DNA of 63,149 nt, filler included, from Octopus bimaculoides (GCF_001194135.2; 6 parts of 6 records of this genome joined end to end with filler, not necessarily neighbours in it), one strand, 5' to 3'; positions 1 through 13,916 are shown, numbered from the whole stretch's first letter. Translations and numbers: made by a program. The notes: a model not told the origin generated them from the letters alone.

Positions 1-181
1 CGGTATTTATTCTATATGAAGTATTAGATATTCCTCTATGTTTCTTCGTTTAGGACTCATCTCATCGCGATCGCAAATTCATAATTTGTATAACCATTCA
101 TTGTTCTCTCTCACTTAATGAATATATAAAACGTCGTTTGGATGAGTTGAGAAGAACTCTGCTGAGTTCATGTAACTCTCT

Positions 182-223
<42 letters not shown>

Positions 224-766
224 CTCTCTCAGTCACTCACGCACACATACATATGCAAACATACAGACATTCCCACATATGCACACTTGACATATAGGTA
301 TATTTGTGTACTTCACACCAGTCGGTGTCTCAATATCTATATGTATCTATCCAGCAATTTATCTCTGTACGTATATGTGTGTGCGTATGTTTGTGTGTGT
401 GTGTTTTAATAAAGTTAGATACGATCAATAATATGTATGCACTATTTACGAGTGTAATAGGGGAAAACGTCCTAATCATCAACACACATACCGACACTAT
501 TGACCCGACCTTGCCCCCCCCCACTTCCGCTAACATTACTGAATGACGGCTGTTCTCCAATTCACTATTGAGACATACTGCATTACAAATCAATGTCTGT
601 CTTAGTGATAATTGGATAGTACGTCGATACGTTATACTTCCGCTGTATGAATAAGAGTAAATACGTTAATTTCCTCTCCCATAATAAGCCATTCTACGAA
701 AAGCCTAGCCTGACACTAATAAAACTAATTGTCTACTACAGATTATTAGAACTTAAGAATACAACT

Positions 767-1078
767 GGCACTCCGTCGGTTACGACGAGAGTTCCACTTG
801 ATCCGGGCAATGGAACAAACAGCTCGTGAAGTTATCGTACAAGTAGCTGAGCACTCTACAGATACGCATACTTTTAACGTAATTCTCAGGAAGATTCAGC
901 GTGACACAGAGTGTGACAAGGCTGGCCCTTTGAATTACAGGTACTGCTCATTTTTGGCAGCTGAATGAACTAGAGCAATGTGGGATTAAGTGCCTTACTC
1001 AAGGACACAACGCGCTGCTGTGTATCGAACTCACGACCTTATGAACGTGAGCCGAATACCACTAAGCCACACGCCTTC
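767..1078 (-). mobile_element. tRNA-derived SINE, head H1 + tail T1
   Basis: Minus strand begins gaaggcgtgtggcttagtgg...gagttcgata (A/B boxes); tail agtagctgagcactctacagatacg...cagcgtgacacagagtgtgacaaggc recurs at 23.1, 24.8 and 34.1 kb. Confidence 0.8.
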
Positions 1079-1088
1079 TCAGAGTAGA

Positions 1089-1142
<54 letters not shown>

Positions 1143-1395
1143 NNNNNNNNNNNNNNNNNNNNNNNNNNNNNNNNNNNNNNNNNNNNNNNNNNNNNNNNNN
1201 NNNNNNNNNNNNNNNNNNNNNNNNNNNNNNNNNNNNNNNNNNNNNNNNNNNNNNNNNNNNNNNNNNNNNNNNNNNNNNNNNNNNNNNNNNNNNNNNNNNN
1301 NNNNNNNNNNNNNNNNNNNNNNNNNNNNNNNNNNNNNNNNNNNNNNNNNNNNNNNNNNNNNNNNNNNNNNNNNNNNNNNNNNNNNNNNNNNNNNN

Positions 1396-1830
1396 NTCAT
1401 CCTTTCGAAATCGATAAATTAAGTACCAGTTACTCACTGGGGTCGATATAATCGACTTAATCCCTTTGTCTGTCCTTGTTTGTCCCCTCTATGTTTAGTT
1501 CCTTGTGGTCAATAAAGAAATAAGAAACGTTAGCACGCCAGGCGAAATGCTGAGCGGTATTTCGACTGTCTTTACGTTCTGAGTTCAAATTCTACCGAGG
1601 TCGACTTTGCCTTTCATCCTTTCGAAATCGATAAATTAAGTACCAGTTACGCACTGGGGTCGATATGATCGACTTAATCCCTTTGTCTGTCCTTGTTTTT
1701 CCCCCACCCCTGTGTTTAGCCCCTTGTGGGATCTATAAATTAAGTATCAGTTGAGTACTGGGGTTGATCTAATCGACTGGTCCCCTTCCCAAAAATTGTG
1801 GGCCTTGTGCCTTGAGTAGAATAGAAAAGA
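1396..1830 (+). mobile_element. Tandem cluster of SINE-A pieces (two bodies, both tail variants)
   Basis: Repeated tcatcctttcgaaatcgataaattaagtaccagttac..ctggggtcgat blocks; body gaaacgttagcacgcc...gttctgagttcaaattc matches the copies at 8846 and 10931. Confidence 0.85.
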
Positions 1831-2234
1831 ATGTGTGTAAGTGAGGGTGCATGTGTGTGTTTGTGCGTGTGCGTGTGTGTGTATCAGTTATTCAGAAAAA
1901 AATTAATTTGTTGCTACAGATTCAAACGTTATTTCTCTATAAGATTCAAAAGTATACACCAGCTATCTTCAAAATCTATTGCCTGCACAAGTTTTTCGAT
2001 TAAAATATATGGAAATGGACATGATAAGCTGTTCGTGTACATCCGTCTAATTTTGTTTGGTGTTAGAAATATATGACCAATTTTCTGTAAAGTGTCATGC
2101 TGATGCGAGAACTGAAACAAAGTAAAAATGAACTTGAAAAGAAATGAATAAAAATTCAATCGCTGTTAATAAATTTTTTGCCATGAATATTTAAACGTAT
2201 GTCTGCGCTTGCACACATACACACACACACACAC

Positions 2235-2287
<53 letters not shown>

Positions 2288-2366
2288 CATATATGTATAT
2301 ATATACATATATATATATATACATATATATATACATACATAGATATATAGATATATATATATATAC

Positions 2367-2397
<31 letters not shown>

Positions 2398-2444
2398 CAT
2401 ATATATATAGATATATATATATATATACATATAGATATATATAC

Positions 2445-2477
<33 letters not shown>

Positions 2478-5451
2478 CATTCATAACATGGTGTAAGAAA
2501 GATTGTATTTTCCTATCTTCTATCCGACACCTGCTGATAGTAAGGACTGTTGCGACGACAATCTCTTTTTAAATGGGCTTTACTCACAAACGGAATAATT
2601 TTCATGAAGATGAACGCTTTTTTCACGTTCATCATTGTCTTCTTTATCATATTTACTTGTTTAAGTTGTGATATATATGTCTATGATTTTGTTTGCTTTG
2701 ATTTTTTTTTTGTTGCTTGTACTTTGTTTTTATTTCTAATGGAAATGTAAAATGGTACGATACTGCTGCTGAGGATAGTATGAACGTTTTTCTTGAAAAT
2801 TGTTTGAAAGAGGTAACGGAGAGGGTTGGTGGAAATATAAGAAAATAAATGCATTGAAAACATTTGCGTCGATATATTTTCTAATTTCCTATGCAGCTGG
2901 CGGATTCTTGAGAAAGATGAAATAGCTGTTCTTAACAGGTCCATCTGCAAGAATCTCAGAATTATCTGGACGACTTATTTTTCTATTTTTCTACAACACA
3001 GTACAGATTAAAACTACTGATATTCACTTCGACACATACATATATGGACTCCCTCCTCACATACATAGATACATACACACACATACATATATATATATCC
3101 ATTCAAATATAGTTTCATACATTGAAATATATATAGATATGTACACACGCATATATATGTATATATACAAATGTATATGTATGAATGTATTTATGCATGT
3201 ATGATTTAAATAACGTAAAAAGATGCTCCAGTTTTCTGATCAATGTCGGATCAACTACAAACGAATTTAAGACTCCACAAAATTTCTTTGTATACGAAGC
3301 ACAGTGTAGTGATACACAGTGATTTGCCTGCGGAAGACCAAGAAATTATGGTAGACCAAAAATGTTCGCAGCAGCTCTTTTTAACACGTCTACCTCACAC
3401 TTTTACCTTGAACATTAATAATTGTCAAAGCCTGATGTACTTCAATACAAACTGACGTGCAACACTAATTTTGATATGAGACTTCAAAACTTCTACTTGC
3501 AGCAAAAAAGAGCAACATTTGCACTAAAGGGACAAACGTTATTTATGTGAATTTTCCCAATAAATGGATTTGGTTCTCTTTGTGGTAAATGCCTATTTAT
3601 GTCTCATTAAAATGCTGAGTTGTTAATTCATCATCCATTTATGAATTCTAATATAAGTAATGGGGTCAAATACTAACTACGTTGTATTTGAAAGTTACTT
3701 AAAAGAAGTCGTCACGTTAGTTCACCTATGTGCAATTGTTCATGCTACTAACTGTTATAAGTCAAGTGTAGCCTCATTTACATGAAAAAATGGAGGATTC
3801 TTTAGAAGATAATAGTCTTAACATGATGTTTTCCAGTATCATTGAAACGCTAACTAGAAGAAAATATGCGCTAGCAAAGAAATGTCAAATGTGAATAATA
3901 TTTTCATTTTATCATTCAGTACAAAACCTGAAGTTTGTAAAAGTTTGTAATTATTCTCACCTCTGGAAAATAATAGTGTTCGTCGTACTTCCTAAAATAA
4001 CGATAAATGAATCTATAAATATTTATTGACGAAAGAGGGTAGAACAATTTCGAGATCAAATACGTCAGAGACATCCGAATACAAAACAATACTTACCTTA
4101 GTGTTAACATGTTTAATAAATGGAATATTAAGCAGCTAACTAGAATAAAATTCTCCGTTGGAAGAAACAATATTAAGTTAATGTTAATTCTACTTTTTCT
4201 TTTCAAGCAAGAGTGAGACACAAATGTAGGTACTTCGTTCTTATTCATTCCTCGTCAGCCAAGTTTTCATATTAGTTTCCAGAGTATTAATGAAGGAATC
4301 TGTCGGTAGTTGTACAAGCTTTCACACGAGTTACCAGAGTAAGTGTTAATGAATGAATCCTGAAATTTCTTTATTATTCTTTAATATACTCGAATTTCGA
4401 TGAAAGAAGAAAAAAAATGTTATATGTCAAAGTAAGAACTATCTTCTTTATTTTCTTTGCCATATTAACGAGAATTAAATGCTTGTCAGTTAAAATGCTT
4501 CTAATTGCCATGTACCACTACAGCACAGAGCGAGCGATGGAAGCAGTGTGACTGAATGGCAAAAAAGTTCACTTTGCAATCAAGAGGTCATAAGTTATAT
4601 CCCGTTGTATGGAATTTGGGTAAAGTTGCTTTTACAATTGCTTCGAGTCAACCTAGTTCACTTGCATGAAATTGGATAAAAAGAAACCGTGTGGAAGCCC
4701 ATCGAATGGATTTTACCTCTGGTACAATAATACTACCGTGACTCACACACTATGAAACGCTGATTCTATATGAGAATTACGCTAATGGTTCACGTTTCTT
4801 TGGAATATTCAGTCATTTACACGTTAATTCAATGAAGTGATAATTCAGTTGATAAAGTATAAAATCCCCAACGTCGACACCGACAGAGAGCTATAATTTC
4901 ACTCTATAACAATGATAATAGTCTAATTTGGTAATAAAGATGCGAGCCAGCTATAATGTAAAACCAGAAATCTTGGCATAAGACTATATTCTATGCAGTA
5001 AACTATAGTGCTTGATTTGCGCTTGATTTGTTGACCGCGGCAGGATAAAAGGCAAATATGACAAGAGCACGATTAGAAAACAGAACATAAAAGAACTGAA
5101 GACCGAAACTGTCCTTCCATTTACAGCACCGTACGTGTTTGAACTTGCATTCAAATGTGTGCGTACTTGAATGTGTGTTTGTGAGAGTATGCTTGTGTTT
5201 ATGTGTGTAAGAGCGAAAGAGAGAGAAAGACTATTCTCTGAATGCGTACAAATAATACATGTCTGATTGTTTAATTGTCTCTCGCGGAAGCTTCGACTCG
5301 ACTACATAGGCAGGGTTTTCTAATATACACTCCGTTCTGTCACAAAATGCATGAATCGAAGACTTATTTTAGATACACATATAAAATATCTGCAATGTCT
5401 TGTAACATGAGGAATGAAGAACCAATTGGCATTTATCTAGTTTCCGGTAGG

Positions 5452-5526
<75 letters not shown>

Positions 5527-6194
5527 GCGTTGTGTGAATAACAGATGTCATCATTAGATTTTTGTACAAGGTTTTTCTTGAAGTTCGATAGTCAATTGGT
5601 ACAATAGCATTCAACTTTGCATCACAAACAAAATTTCATTCGTTAATTTTAATTATTCTCTAGAAATTACACTAATGAATATGAGCTTTCCCTCTGTATT
5701 TCTCTTACAATATCTTCACGATCGCGTTGTTGTTGCCTGAAATGTGGAGAAATAGTATTTATGAGATACGTTACAACATATAGGATTACTGTATTAATAT
5801 CTGTCCAATATAGGATGCTAAGAAAAGTAAAACGGTTTTTCACTAAATTACGTTAAAGTATATTTGGCTCAGAGAGACGAACAGATATACACACACTTGC
5901 ATACACACAGATACACATGCAAACACAGACAGAAACACACGTACACACATGTGGATTTTTCCCTCGTCCAGTAAACGTTTAGATGTATAAACTTCCAATA
6001 GTTCGATAAACTAAACAACATAATCATTAAATTAGCGTATTCATGACTGAGTATTCCATGGGCATATGCAACCATAATGTACTTCCCTGGCAGAATCAGT
6101 GTAACACAGTGTGTGACAAAGTTAATCCCTTTCAATAACTGGTAGAATCGATCCAACGGGCTTCTAATTTCCGCTTTCACAACCTCAAAATCAC

Positions 6195-6612
6195 ACACAC
6201 GACGGGCTTCTTTCAGTTTCCGTCTACCAAACCTACTCACAAGGCTTTGGTCGACACGAGGCCATAGTAGAGGACATTTGCTCAAGGCGCCATGTAGGCA
6301 TGGCTGTGTGGTAAGAATCTTGCTTCCAAACATATGGTTCTGAGTTCAGTTCCACTGCATGGCACTCCGGGCACGTGTCTGTGTTTGTCCCCTCACCATC
6401 GCTTGACAACCGATGTTGGTGTGTTCATGTCCCTGTGACTTAGCTGTTCGGCAAAAGAAACCAACAGAATAAGTCCTGGGGTTCGTTTGTTCAACTAGGG
6501 GTGGTGCTGCAGCATGGCCGCAGTCAAATGAATGAAATAAATAAAAGAACGGAAGGACTGAACCCGGAATCATGAGCTTGAGAAGCAAGCTTCTTATCAA
6601 ACAGCCACGCGT
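6195..6612. mobile_element. SINE-B (+, about 6296-6548) nested inside an opposite-strand SINE-B (about 6195-6295 and 6549-6612)
   Basis: The minus copy body (ctttcagtttccgtctacc...) resumes with its head (ggactgaacccgg...gcaagcttcttatc..acagccac) after an internally deleted plus copy. Confidence 0.7.
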
Positions 6613-7140
6613 GGGTAGTCAATAACGTTCAATAATTTCTTGTATGTGAATTTCATTTGACAACTAAAGTGTCGACAGTAATATTAAGTACTGGTTATTT
6701 AAAATTATAGATTCATTAATTCTAATCTGTCAATATTGTTGGCTATAGCAGACAACACAGTCTACGTAGTCTTATATCTCAGGGTGTAGATGATGACCAT
6801 ATTTTATTTTAAAACCTGTATTATTTTATTCATCAACACTAAAATGTAATCGATAAGATTCCATTTTCTTCCTCAAGTTTTTTTTAACACATATTTGTGA
6901 AAACATGAAAATATAATGCGTTCTTTGCTTTGCAGAGAATGGAAGAATGCGCGACATATTTTTGACAACCAAGAGCCTCTTCTCTAATCATATTTCTCTG
7001 TGCTTGCGAATATTTGTGTTTATATATATTCATGTACAATGTCCTTCATACAACCTTTTAAGCAACGTGTAACTCACAACCTACAAGCGCGATTTTAAAA
7101 TTAAAGTAATTTTTTATCTATCTAGCTATCTCTCTATTTA

Positions 7141-7197
<57 letters not shown>

Positions 7198-7479
7198 NNN
7201 NNNNNNNNNNNNNNNNNNNNNNNNNNNNNNNNNNNNNNNNNNNNNNNNNNNNNNNNNNNNNNNNNNNNNNNNNNNNNNNNNNNNNNNNNNNNNNNNNNNN
7301 NNNNNNNNNNNNNNNNNNNNNNNNNNNNNNNNNNNNNNNNNNNNNNNNNNNNNNNNNNNNNNNNNNNNNNNNNNNNNTATATATATATATATATATGTTT
7401 ATATGTATGTATACATATGTATGCGTATGTATATACATATATGTGTATATGTATGTATGTGTGTATCTGTATGTGTGCG

Positions 7480-7680
7480 TGTATTCTTGTGTCTCCGTGT
7501 GTCTCCTACCACCGCTTGACAACCAGTATCGGTGTGTTTACGTCCCTGTGAATTAGCGGTTCAGATAAAGAGACTGATAGAATAAGTACCAAGCTTAAAA
7601 TCAGTACGTGATGAGGTTGATTCGTTCGACTTAAGCTCTTTAAGGCGGTGCTTCAGCATGGCCACAATCTTATGAATAAA
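7480..7680 (+). mobile_element. SINE-B 3' half
   Basis: cgcttgacaacc...gtgtttacgtccc...agaataagtacc...ggcggtgcttcagcatggcc matches the 53783-54180 copy. Confidence 0.75.
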
Positions 7681-8000
7681 CGATATATATATATAATGAA
7701 AGATACAAACACATATACAGGACACACTCACACACTCACACACTCACACACACACTCAAACATACACATATATATGCATATGCACGATTGAGTGCATAAT
7801 CGAACGAAAAAATAACTCAACGCACTTGGGTGAAGTTACATATATTTATTAATAACAACGGAACGTAGCTCTAAATTACAATAATTTCCGAGACCGTTAA
7901 ACAACATCCTCCATGTGACATGTTTGATGTCAAATTGAGGAGAATTTCTAAGAAATTTAAAATGACTTCAAGGAATTTAAGTCTGCGTGTCAGTCTAGAG

Positions 8001-8323
8001 CAGGGTTGGCCAACCTGAGGCCCGCGGGTCGCATGCGGCCCGCAAACTTTTATCTTGCGGCCTTCTTGATACTTTCTTGAAATGGGTTTATTTAAACTAA
8101 CATTTTTAAAATTTCATCAAAAATTAAAGATTGTAATGAAAAATAAAAAAAAACAATGATGCAACGGTAATATTTCATGCTGAATCAATGTTCATTCATT
8201 CATTATTGTAATGATAGCATGAGAAAGCAAAATGCTTCCAATTCTGTCAATATACAAGCGGCCCTCAAAAATCTTTTTTGTGATCAAAGTGGCCTGCAAT
8301 GTAATTCGATTTGGCCAGGCCTG
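8001..8323 (+). mobile_element. hAT (Charlie-type) non-autonomous DNA transposon
   Basis: TIRs cagggttggccaa / ttggccaggcctg (11/13); perfect 8-bp TSD gtctagag (7993-8000, 8324-8331) fitting the NTCTAGAN Charlie target. Confidence 0.9.
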
Positions 8324-8843
8324 GTCTAGAGCATACGGTTGATTTTTGGCTGTCGCAGCAATATTTTCTTGTTAGGTCACATTATGCAAGGTAACAGTTC
8401 GCGTTAATCTGTTGGCATTCTGCAGGATAATATATCCAGAAACGCCAGTTCTTTACATGGGATACTGTATTTAGTAAGGTTCACAGAATATTGGCCTAGT
8501 ACTTTATCAGCAACCGTTTCCATGTAATGGTTAACTGTTATGATGTTGCCAGGTAACGAATAGGCTCGTAGGACTCGCATGACTTGACTTTAATAATTAC
8601 GAGCAACCCCATTTATATACCCTACACCTGTGTGGGAGCTATCGAGGCCCAGGATTGTGTATATAGGTTATCAGCCATCAAAGAGTGGAAGTTGATTCAC
8701 AGGGAGTACAGCTGGAGGCAACAATAAGATACGTACGTCATTTTGTTATTAAGGGATAATGACAGCTGTTGTGGTATATGGGTGTCTTTCACAGACGCAG
8801 AACTAGCGATTATGTGCTGCAGATGAGTATAGAAATGACTCAC

Positions 8844-9044
8844 GGGGCGGTGAGCTGGCAGAAACGTTAGCACGCCGAGCGAAATGCTTAGCGGTATTTC
8901 GTCTGCTGCTACATTCTGGGTTCAAATTCCGCCGAGGTTGACTTTGCCTTTCATCCTTTCGGGGTCGATATAATCGACTTAATCCGTTTGCCTGTCCTTG
9001 TTCGTCCCCGCTATGTTTAGCCCCTTGTGGGCAGTAAAGAAATA
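8844..9044 (+). mobile_element. Full-length young SINE-A (tail variant 1) with 13-bp TSD
   Basis: ggcggtgagctggcagaaacgttagcacgcc...gggcagtaaagaaata; TSD agaaatgactcac at 8831-8843 and 9045-9057. Confidence 0.9.
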
Positions 9045-10299
9045 AGAAATGACTCACCTGTTCTCGGGAATTCGTTTTGGAGCAGAAGCTTCCAAATGAA
9101 CTGGGAAAAAGTGAAACAGATTTTCTACTCCCTACAATTGAAGGCTGCATGCATTGCACGTATCCTCTGTAAAAGTCATTCGCTAGCACATCTTATATTT
9201 TCTCGAAATACCATCGGATAGGGCAGTGGTTTGATAGACTCATCTTTTCAGAGACGAATTCCCCACCACCATACCGCCACCAATAGGCAAAAGATAAGTT
9301 TTCATCAGTTACAAGTTGGTGTATTGGATGAGGAGTACGTAGTTTTATACTTGTGTCTATGAAAGTTATATTATCTAATAATGAGTAGCTAACCTTTATG
9401 TTATAACCATTCTTTATACAATCAACAACGGAACCTGAACTTACGAATGGAGATATAAATATTTAAAATACATTTTCAATTTCTTCTAAATTGTGTCCAC
9501 TATCTTCCAAACATCTGATGAGAGGAACATTTCCTACGTACACAAAACTTGTCGTAAAACCGTTATTACATAAGTATGTATGCATTATGCGTGTCTGTAT
9601 ATATATATGTGTGTGCGTATGTGTTTATGTATACATACTGTGCGTATATTTATGTTTATTTATGTACTTCTTTTACATACTTATTTGACGCGTATATTCT
9701 CGGAAATAACACATTACCCGATTTTCTTCGACATAGCCGCAAAAAGTCTTAAGTCTGGATGAAATGACAACCACATACATTAACTCATTTAATAAAATTT
9801 GACTGCATCTAATTAGTGTCTGAATAACTACGCAGTTTTCCAATATTTAAACAGTATTTTTTTTTCTTTATTAGATTTCAAACAAAGAAAATAAATGTGC
9901 TAAAAGATCGGATTGTGCGTTACACGCGATGTTTAAAATGTTGTGTCTTTATTTTTTACAAAACCATTTTTAACAAACAGCAAACATGTTTTGATTGGTT
10001 ATACGAGGAAGACATGTATGTTCGTGATAGTATGTTAATCACGCTTTCACAATTTCTTCTGATAATCTAACTCAATCTTTGTTATCTTTTAGTTAACTTT
10101 TACATTTGTTGTTTCAAGAATTAGAAACGAATTCTGGAATTTAAAAATTGTTTTCCAGATAAAAGTTAATTATTATGTAAAACTTAGATTTCACTGGTGT
10201 AGATAACAGAGCAAGAAGGAGAAGAAAAATAGCAATTCAAACAAATGTAACAAAACGTGAAAGAAGTAGAGGGACATTAATAAAAGGGACATTGGTTAG

Positions 10300-10745
10300 A
10301 TATTGGCATCAAATTTTGGCACAAGGCCAGGAATTTCGGGGAAGGATACATGTCGATCACATAGACTCTAGTGCTCAAATAGTACTTATTTTAACGATTC
10401 CGAAAGGATGAAAGGTAAAGTTAACTTCAGTGGAATTTGAACTTAGAACGTAAAGACGGACGAAATGTAGAGAGGTTTGCTAATGGTCCTGCCAGTTCGC
10501 CGTCTTTACGATGATTACGTAAATATAAGAAGCCACTAAGTCGGCAAGATAGCAGAATCGTTATGTCACCGGGTGAAATGTTACGTGGTATTTCATTCCG
10601 GCTCTATACGCTCTGAGTATAAATTCCGAGAAGTTCAAATTTCCCTTTCATCATTTCAGGGTTGATAAACTAAGTACCAGTTGATGTAATGGACTCGCCT
10701 CCTCACCATAAAATATCAGACCTTGGGCCAATTGTAAAAAAAAAC
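10300..10745. mobile_element. Two degenerate SINE-A copies in opposite orientation (- about 10300-10505; + about 10541-10745)
   Basis: ggcacaaggcc...gaatttgaacttagaacgtaaagacggacgaaatg on the minus copy; gcagaatcgtta...aaattccg...gtaccagttgatgtaat on the plus copy. Confidence 0.7.
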
Positions 10746-10926
10746 ATATAAGGACCATGTAGAAACTCACCAATAATTAAAATTCTTGACATATCATTTC
10801 ACAAGGCATAGTTATATGGTTAAGAACTTCACGTCGCAACAGTATTGTTTCAGGTTAGATTCCACTGTGTTTTCTAAGGCCCTGAAACGAATGAGGGATC
10901 TTGGTTGGTAGACACGTTCTATAAAT

Positions 10927-11162
10927 AAGATGGCGAGCTGGCAGAAACGTTAGCACGCCGAGCGAAATGCTTAGCGGTATTTCGTCTGCCGCTACGTTCT
11001 GAGTACAAATTCCACCGAAGTCGACTTTGTCTTTCATCCTTTCGGGGTCGATTAAATAAGTACCAGTTATGCACTGGGGTCGATATAATCGACTTAATCT
11101 GTTTGTCTCTCCTTCTTTGCCCCTCTGTGTGTAGCCCTTTGTGGGCAGTAAAGAAATAAGAA
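10927..11162 (+). mobile_element. Full-length SINE-A (tail variant 1) with 13-bp TSD
   Basis: Near-identical to 8844-9044; TSD acgttctataaat at 10914-10926 and 11163-11175. Confidence 0.9.
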
Positions 11163-11920
11163 ACGTTCTATAAATGTGTGTATATATGTGCGTATCTCTG
11201 TGCATGTGCGCATGCGCGTCTTTGGGTTTGTCTCTCACTACTTGACAACTTGTGCTGCTTCGATTATTCCCCTTGATCTAGCAGTCCAGCACTGGGAGAA
11301 TAATCTAACGTAACATACTTAGAACGTAAGTTCTGGTGTCGATGTCTAAGCGAAATTTCAGCTACCTTAATTAAGTGCGAGAGCACTTAACCTAATGTTT
11401 AGGGTGCTTTTGCTGATAATCATAAGTTCGTAATTTTTAAATTCTTGACTGGAAACAAATGAAATCATTGCACATTGTTCCAGTCTATGTCACTGCACTG
11501 ACCTTCAACCATGTGCTGATGAAGCCCCCCACTCTTTTTATCTCTCTCCAGCTTTTATATAATGGATTTTCCACTCGGCCAAAGATCATGGAACGAGAGA
11601 GTGTCTATGTCTGCTTACTGTTACATTGGTACTTTGTAGCACACCTGTGATGTTTAGCTGTACTTGATTACGCACAGTATAGTCAACTATTTATAAAATT
11701 TATTTTTGTTATTAATATATTAAAATTGATTGATACATGTGTTGCCAATTTGTTTTGCAATATGAACTGAATAATTTTAGAAAATGTGAACGTAAAGTTG
11801 GTTGTATTGATGTTAGAGTCGTATCTTATCGAAGTTCATTGGAACGAAACCGTGAAATGCAATGAAATACGCTCAATGAAGGGCGACTGGAATTCGATCA
11901 ATTTGAAATATTTCAATCAG

Positions 11921-11988
11921 AAGAAAGAGGTCCTGGCAGCTGCCATATCTTTGCAGGTATTCCCAGAGCTACAGCGTTCGACGGTCGT
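11921..11988 (+). other. Candidate VWD-domain N-terminal coding segment (ERGPGSCHIFAGIPRATAFDGR)
   Basis: Acceptor tttcaatcag| at 11920. Translation resembles the VWD start C-x3-(G/T)DPH-x3-FDGR; possible donor GCAG|gtattc at 11957. The DPH motif is absent and the frame stops at about 12027. Confidence 0.25.
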
Positions 11989-12300
11989 TGTTGCTCTCTC
12001 TGCATGTCAGCCTTGATTAGTCGCAGCTGATATCAATTACATTCAGGGAGAATTCTGTGTTTTATGAGTCAATTATATCCAAGACCACTTTTGCCAATGT
12101 TACTTTTGTATCTCGGAATTCTTTCGATAATTCTGTTTTGTGCTGCACTGCACATTGCTCCGTCCTTTGATATTTCTAATGACAAAACAGTTCTCTTTTT
12201 GCTTTTGTTTTTGTTAACAGAAGCAGCTGTGGAAATAGAATGTGAATGGTTCCGCATAACTCCCCTCTCGATGCAATGCAGCCAATTCTAACTCAGAGAC

Positions 12301-12370
<70 letters not shown>
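12301..12370. repeat. (ATAG)n microsatellite
   Basis: Perfect tetranucleotide run; similar runs at 20382-20443, 26272-26325 and 48268-48301. Confidence 0.95.
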
Positions 12371-12371
<1 letters not shown>

Positions 12372-13866
12372 CTAAAATGTAAGTGGAAAGGTAGAAACAC
12401 AAGATTGCGAAGCAATTTCTTTAATCCATCCAAGAAGCAATATGCAAAATGTATGCATTTAGATTAAAAAATCATAATCATATGCTCTTACTGCAGGTGA
12501 AGATTAGTCGGAGATCAGGAAAAGATTTGCTCAAATCCATCCAAGAAAATTGCTTCTATATATTTCAGAGGAACCACAAATGCTAGAAAAANNNNNNNNN
12601 NNNNNNNNNNNNNNNNNNNNNNNNNNNNNNNNNNNNNNNNNNNNNNNNNNNNNNNNNNNNNNNNNNNNNNNNNNNNNNNNNNNNNNNNNNNNNNNNNNNN
12701 NNNNNNNNNNNNNNNNNNNNNNNNNNNNNNNNNNNNNNNNNNNNNNNNNNNNNNNNNNNNNNNNNNNNNNNNNNNNNNNNNNNNNNNNNNNNNNNNNNNN
12801 NNNNNNNNNNNNNNNNNNNNNNNNNNNNNNNNNNNNNNNNNNNNNNNNNNNNNNNNNNNNNNNNNNNNNNNNNNNNNNNNNNNNNNNNNNNNNNNNNNNN
12901 NNNNNNNNNNNNNNNNNNNNNNNNNNNNNNTTATGTGTGTGCGAGCATGTTTCTCTTCATGTGTACGAGGAGAGGGAAAGTGTTTATGCCAATCATACTC
13001 AATTAACAATTTCATGCACTGTTTCGGTATGTGTATATTTATGCACATGTGTGCATGTGTTTGTGTGTGGGTGTGTGTGTGTATGTTTGCGCGCGCATAC
13101 GTGTGTGTGTGTGTGTGTGTGTGCGTGCATGCGCCTGCTGTACCGAAAGGTACGGTCACTAAGACAGGTTCTATGTCGAGTCAGCCATGCCAAATTGCTT
13201 GCGTTCAAACAGCTGCGCCAAATCCTTCCATTCTGTGGTCAATATACTTCACGATAAAATGCCAGCAAGGACGGCAAGAATGAGCAGAAGCAAATTGTTT
13301 CATACATATTAATTCTCGAGTATAACAGACCAGAGAGTTATAAAGCGCAACAAAAACAATATTGGAAAATAATTTTAATAATTGGTAATAATTATTGTAC
13401 ATCTGAGTTTCTGTTGTTTCAAAATGATTATCGAATTCTGAAATAAAGCCCAGACTTCAGATTTAGTAGGACAGGAGTAGTCGAAAGCATTTATCAGTTT
13501 TTGTCGAGTACATTATTTTGCTAACAATGTAAAGATAAAAAACAAAAGCCGATCGATGTCCATTTGAACTCAGAAAGCAAGGAGATACACGAAGTAACAG
13601 ATAGCAGTTTCCCCCACTATCTTAGTGTATCTCCTAGCGAACCGCATCTCGCGTTTGAAAGATATGCATTTCTCATGACCAAGACTAATGTTATATATAG
13701 CCTGCATGTTATTAATTTTACAATATTTTACAATGAAACACATTGTCTTTTCGGATAATACTCTTTGTGTTCGTCTGTCGAAATTATGTTTTTTTCTTAA
13801 GGTAAATCTACTGGTGATTTTATTCACGTAATATACATATATATTGCATGTATACATATGTATTGC

Positions 13867-13916
<50 letters not shown>

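Noticed and set aside
2604-2750. Signal-peptide-like MKMNAFFTFIIVFFIIFTCLSC
   Set aside because: Hydrophobicity comes from T-rich sequence; there is no good donor. The minus-strand exon reading (2735-2588) has stops in all three frames.
9514-9545. CTGATGAG + AGGAA/TTCCT stem as a hammerhead
   Set aside because: No GAAA after the stem.
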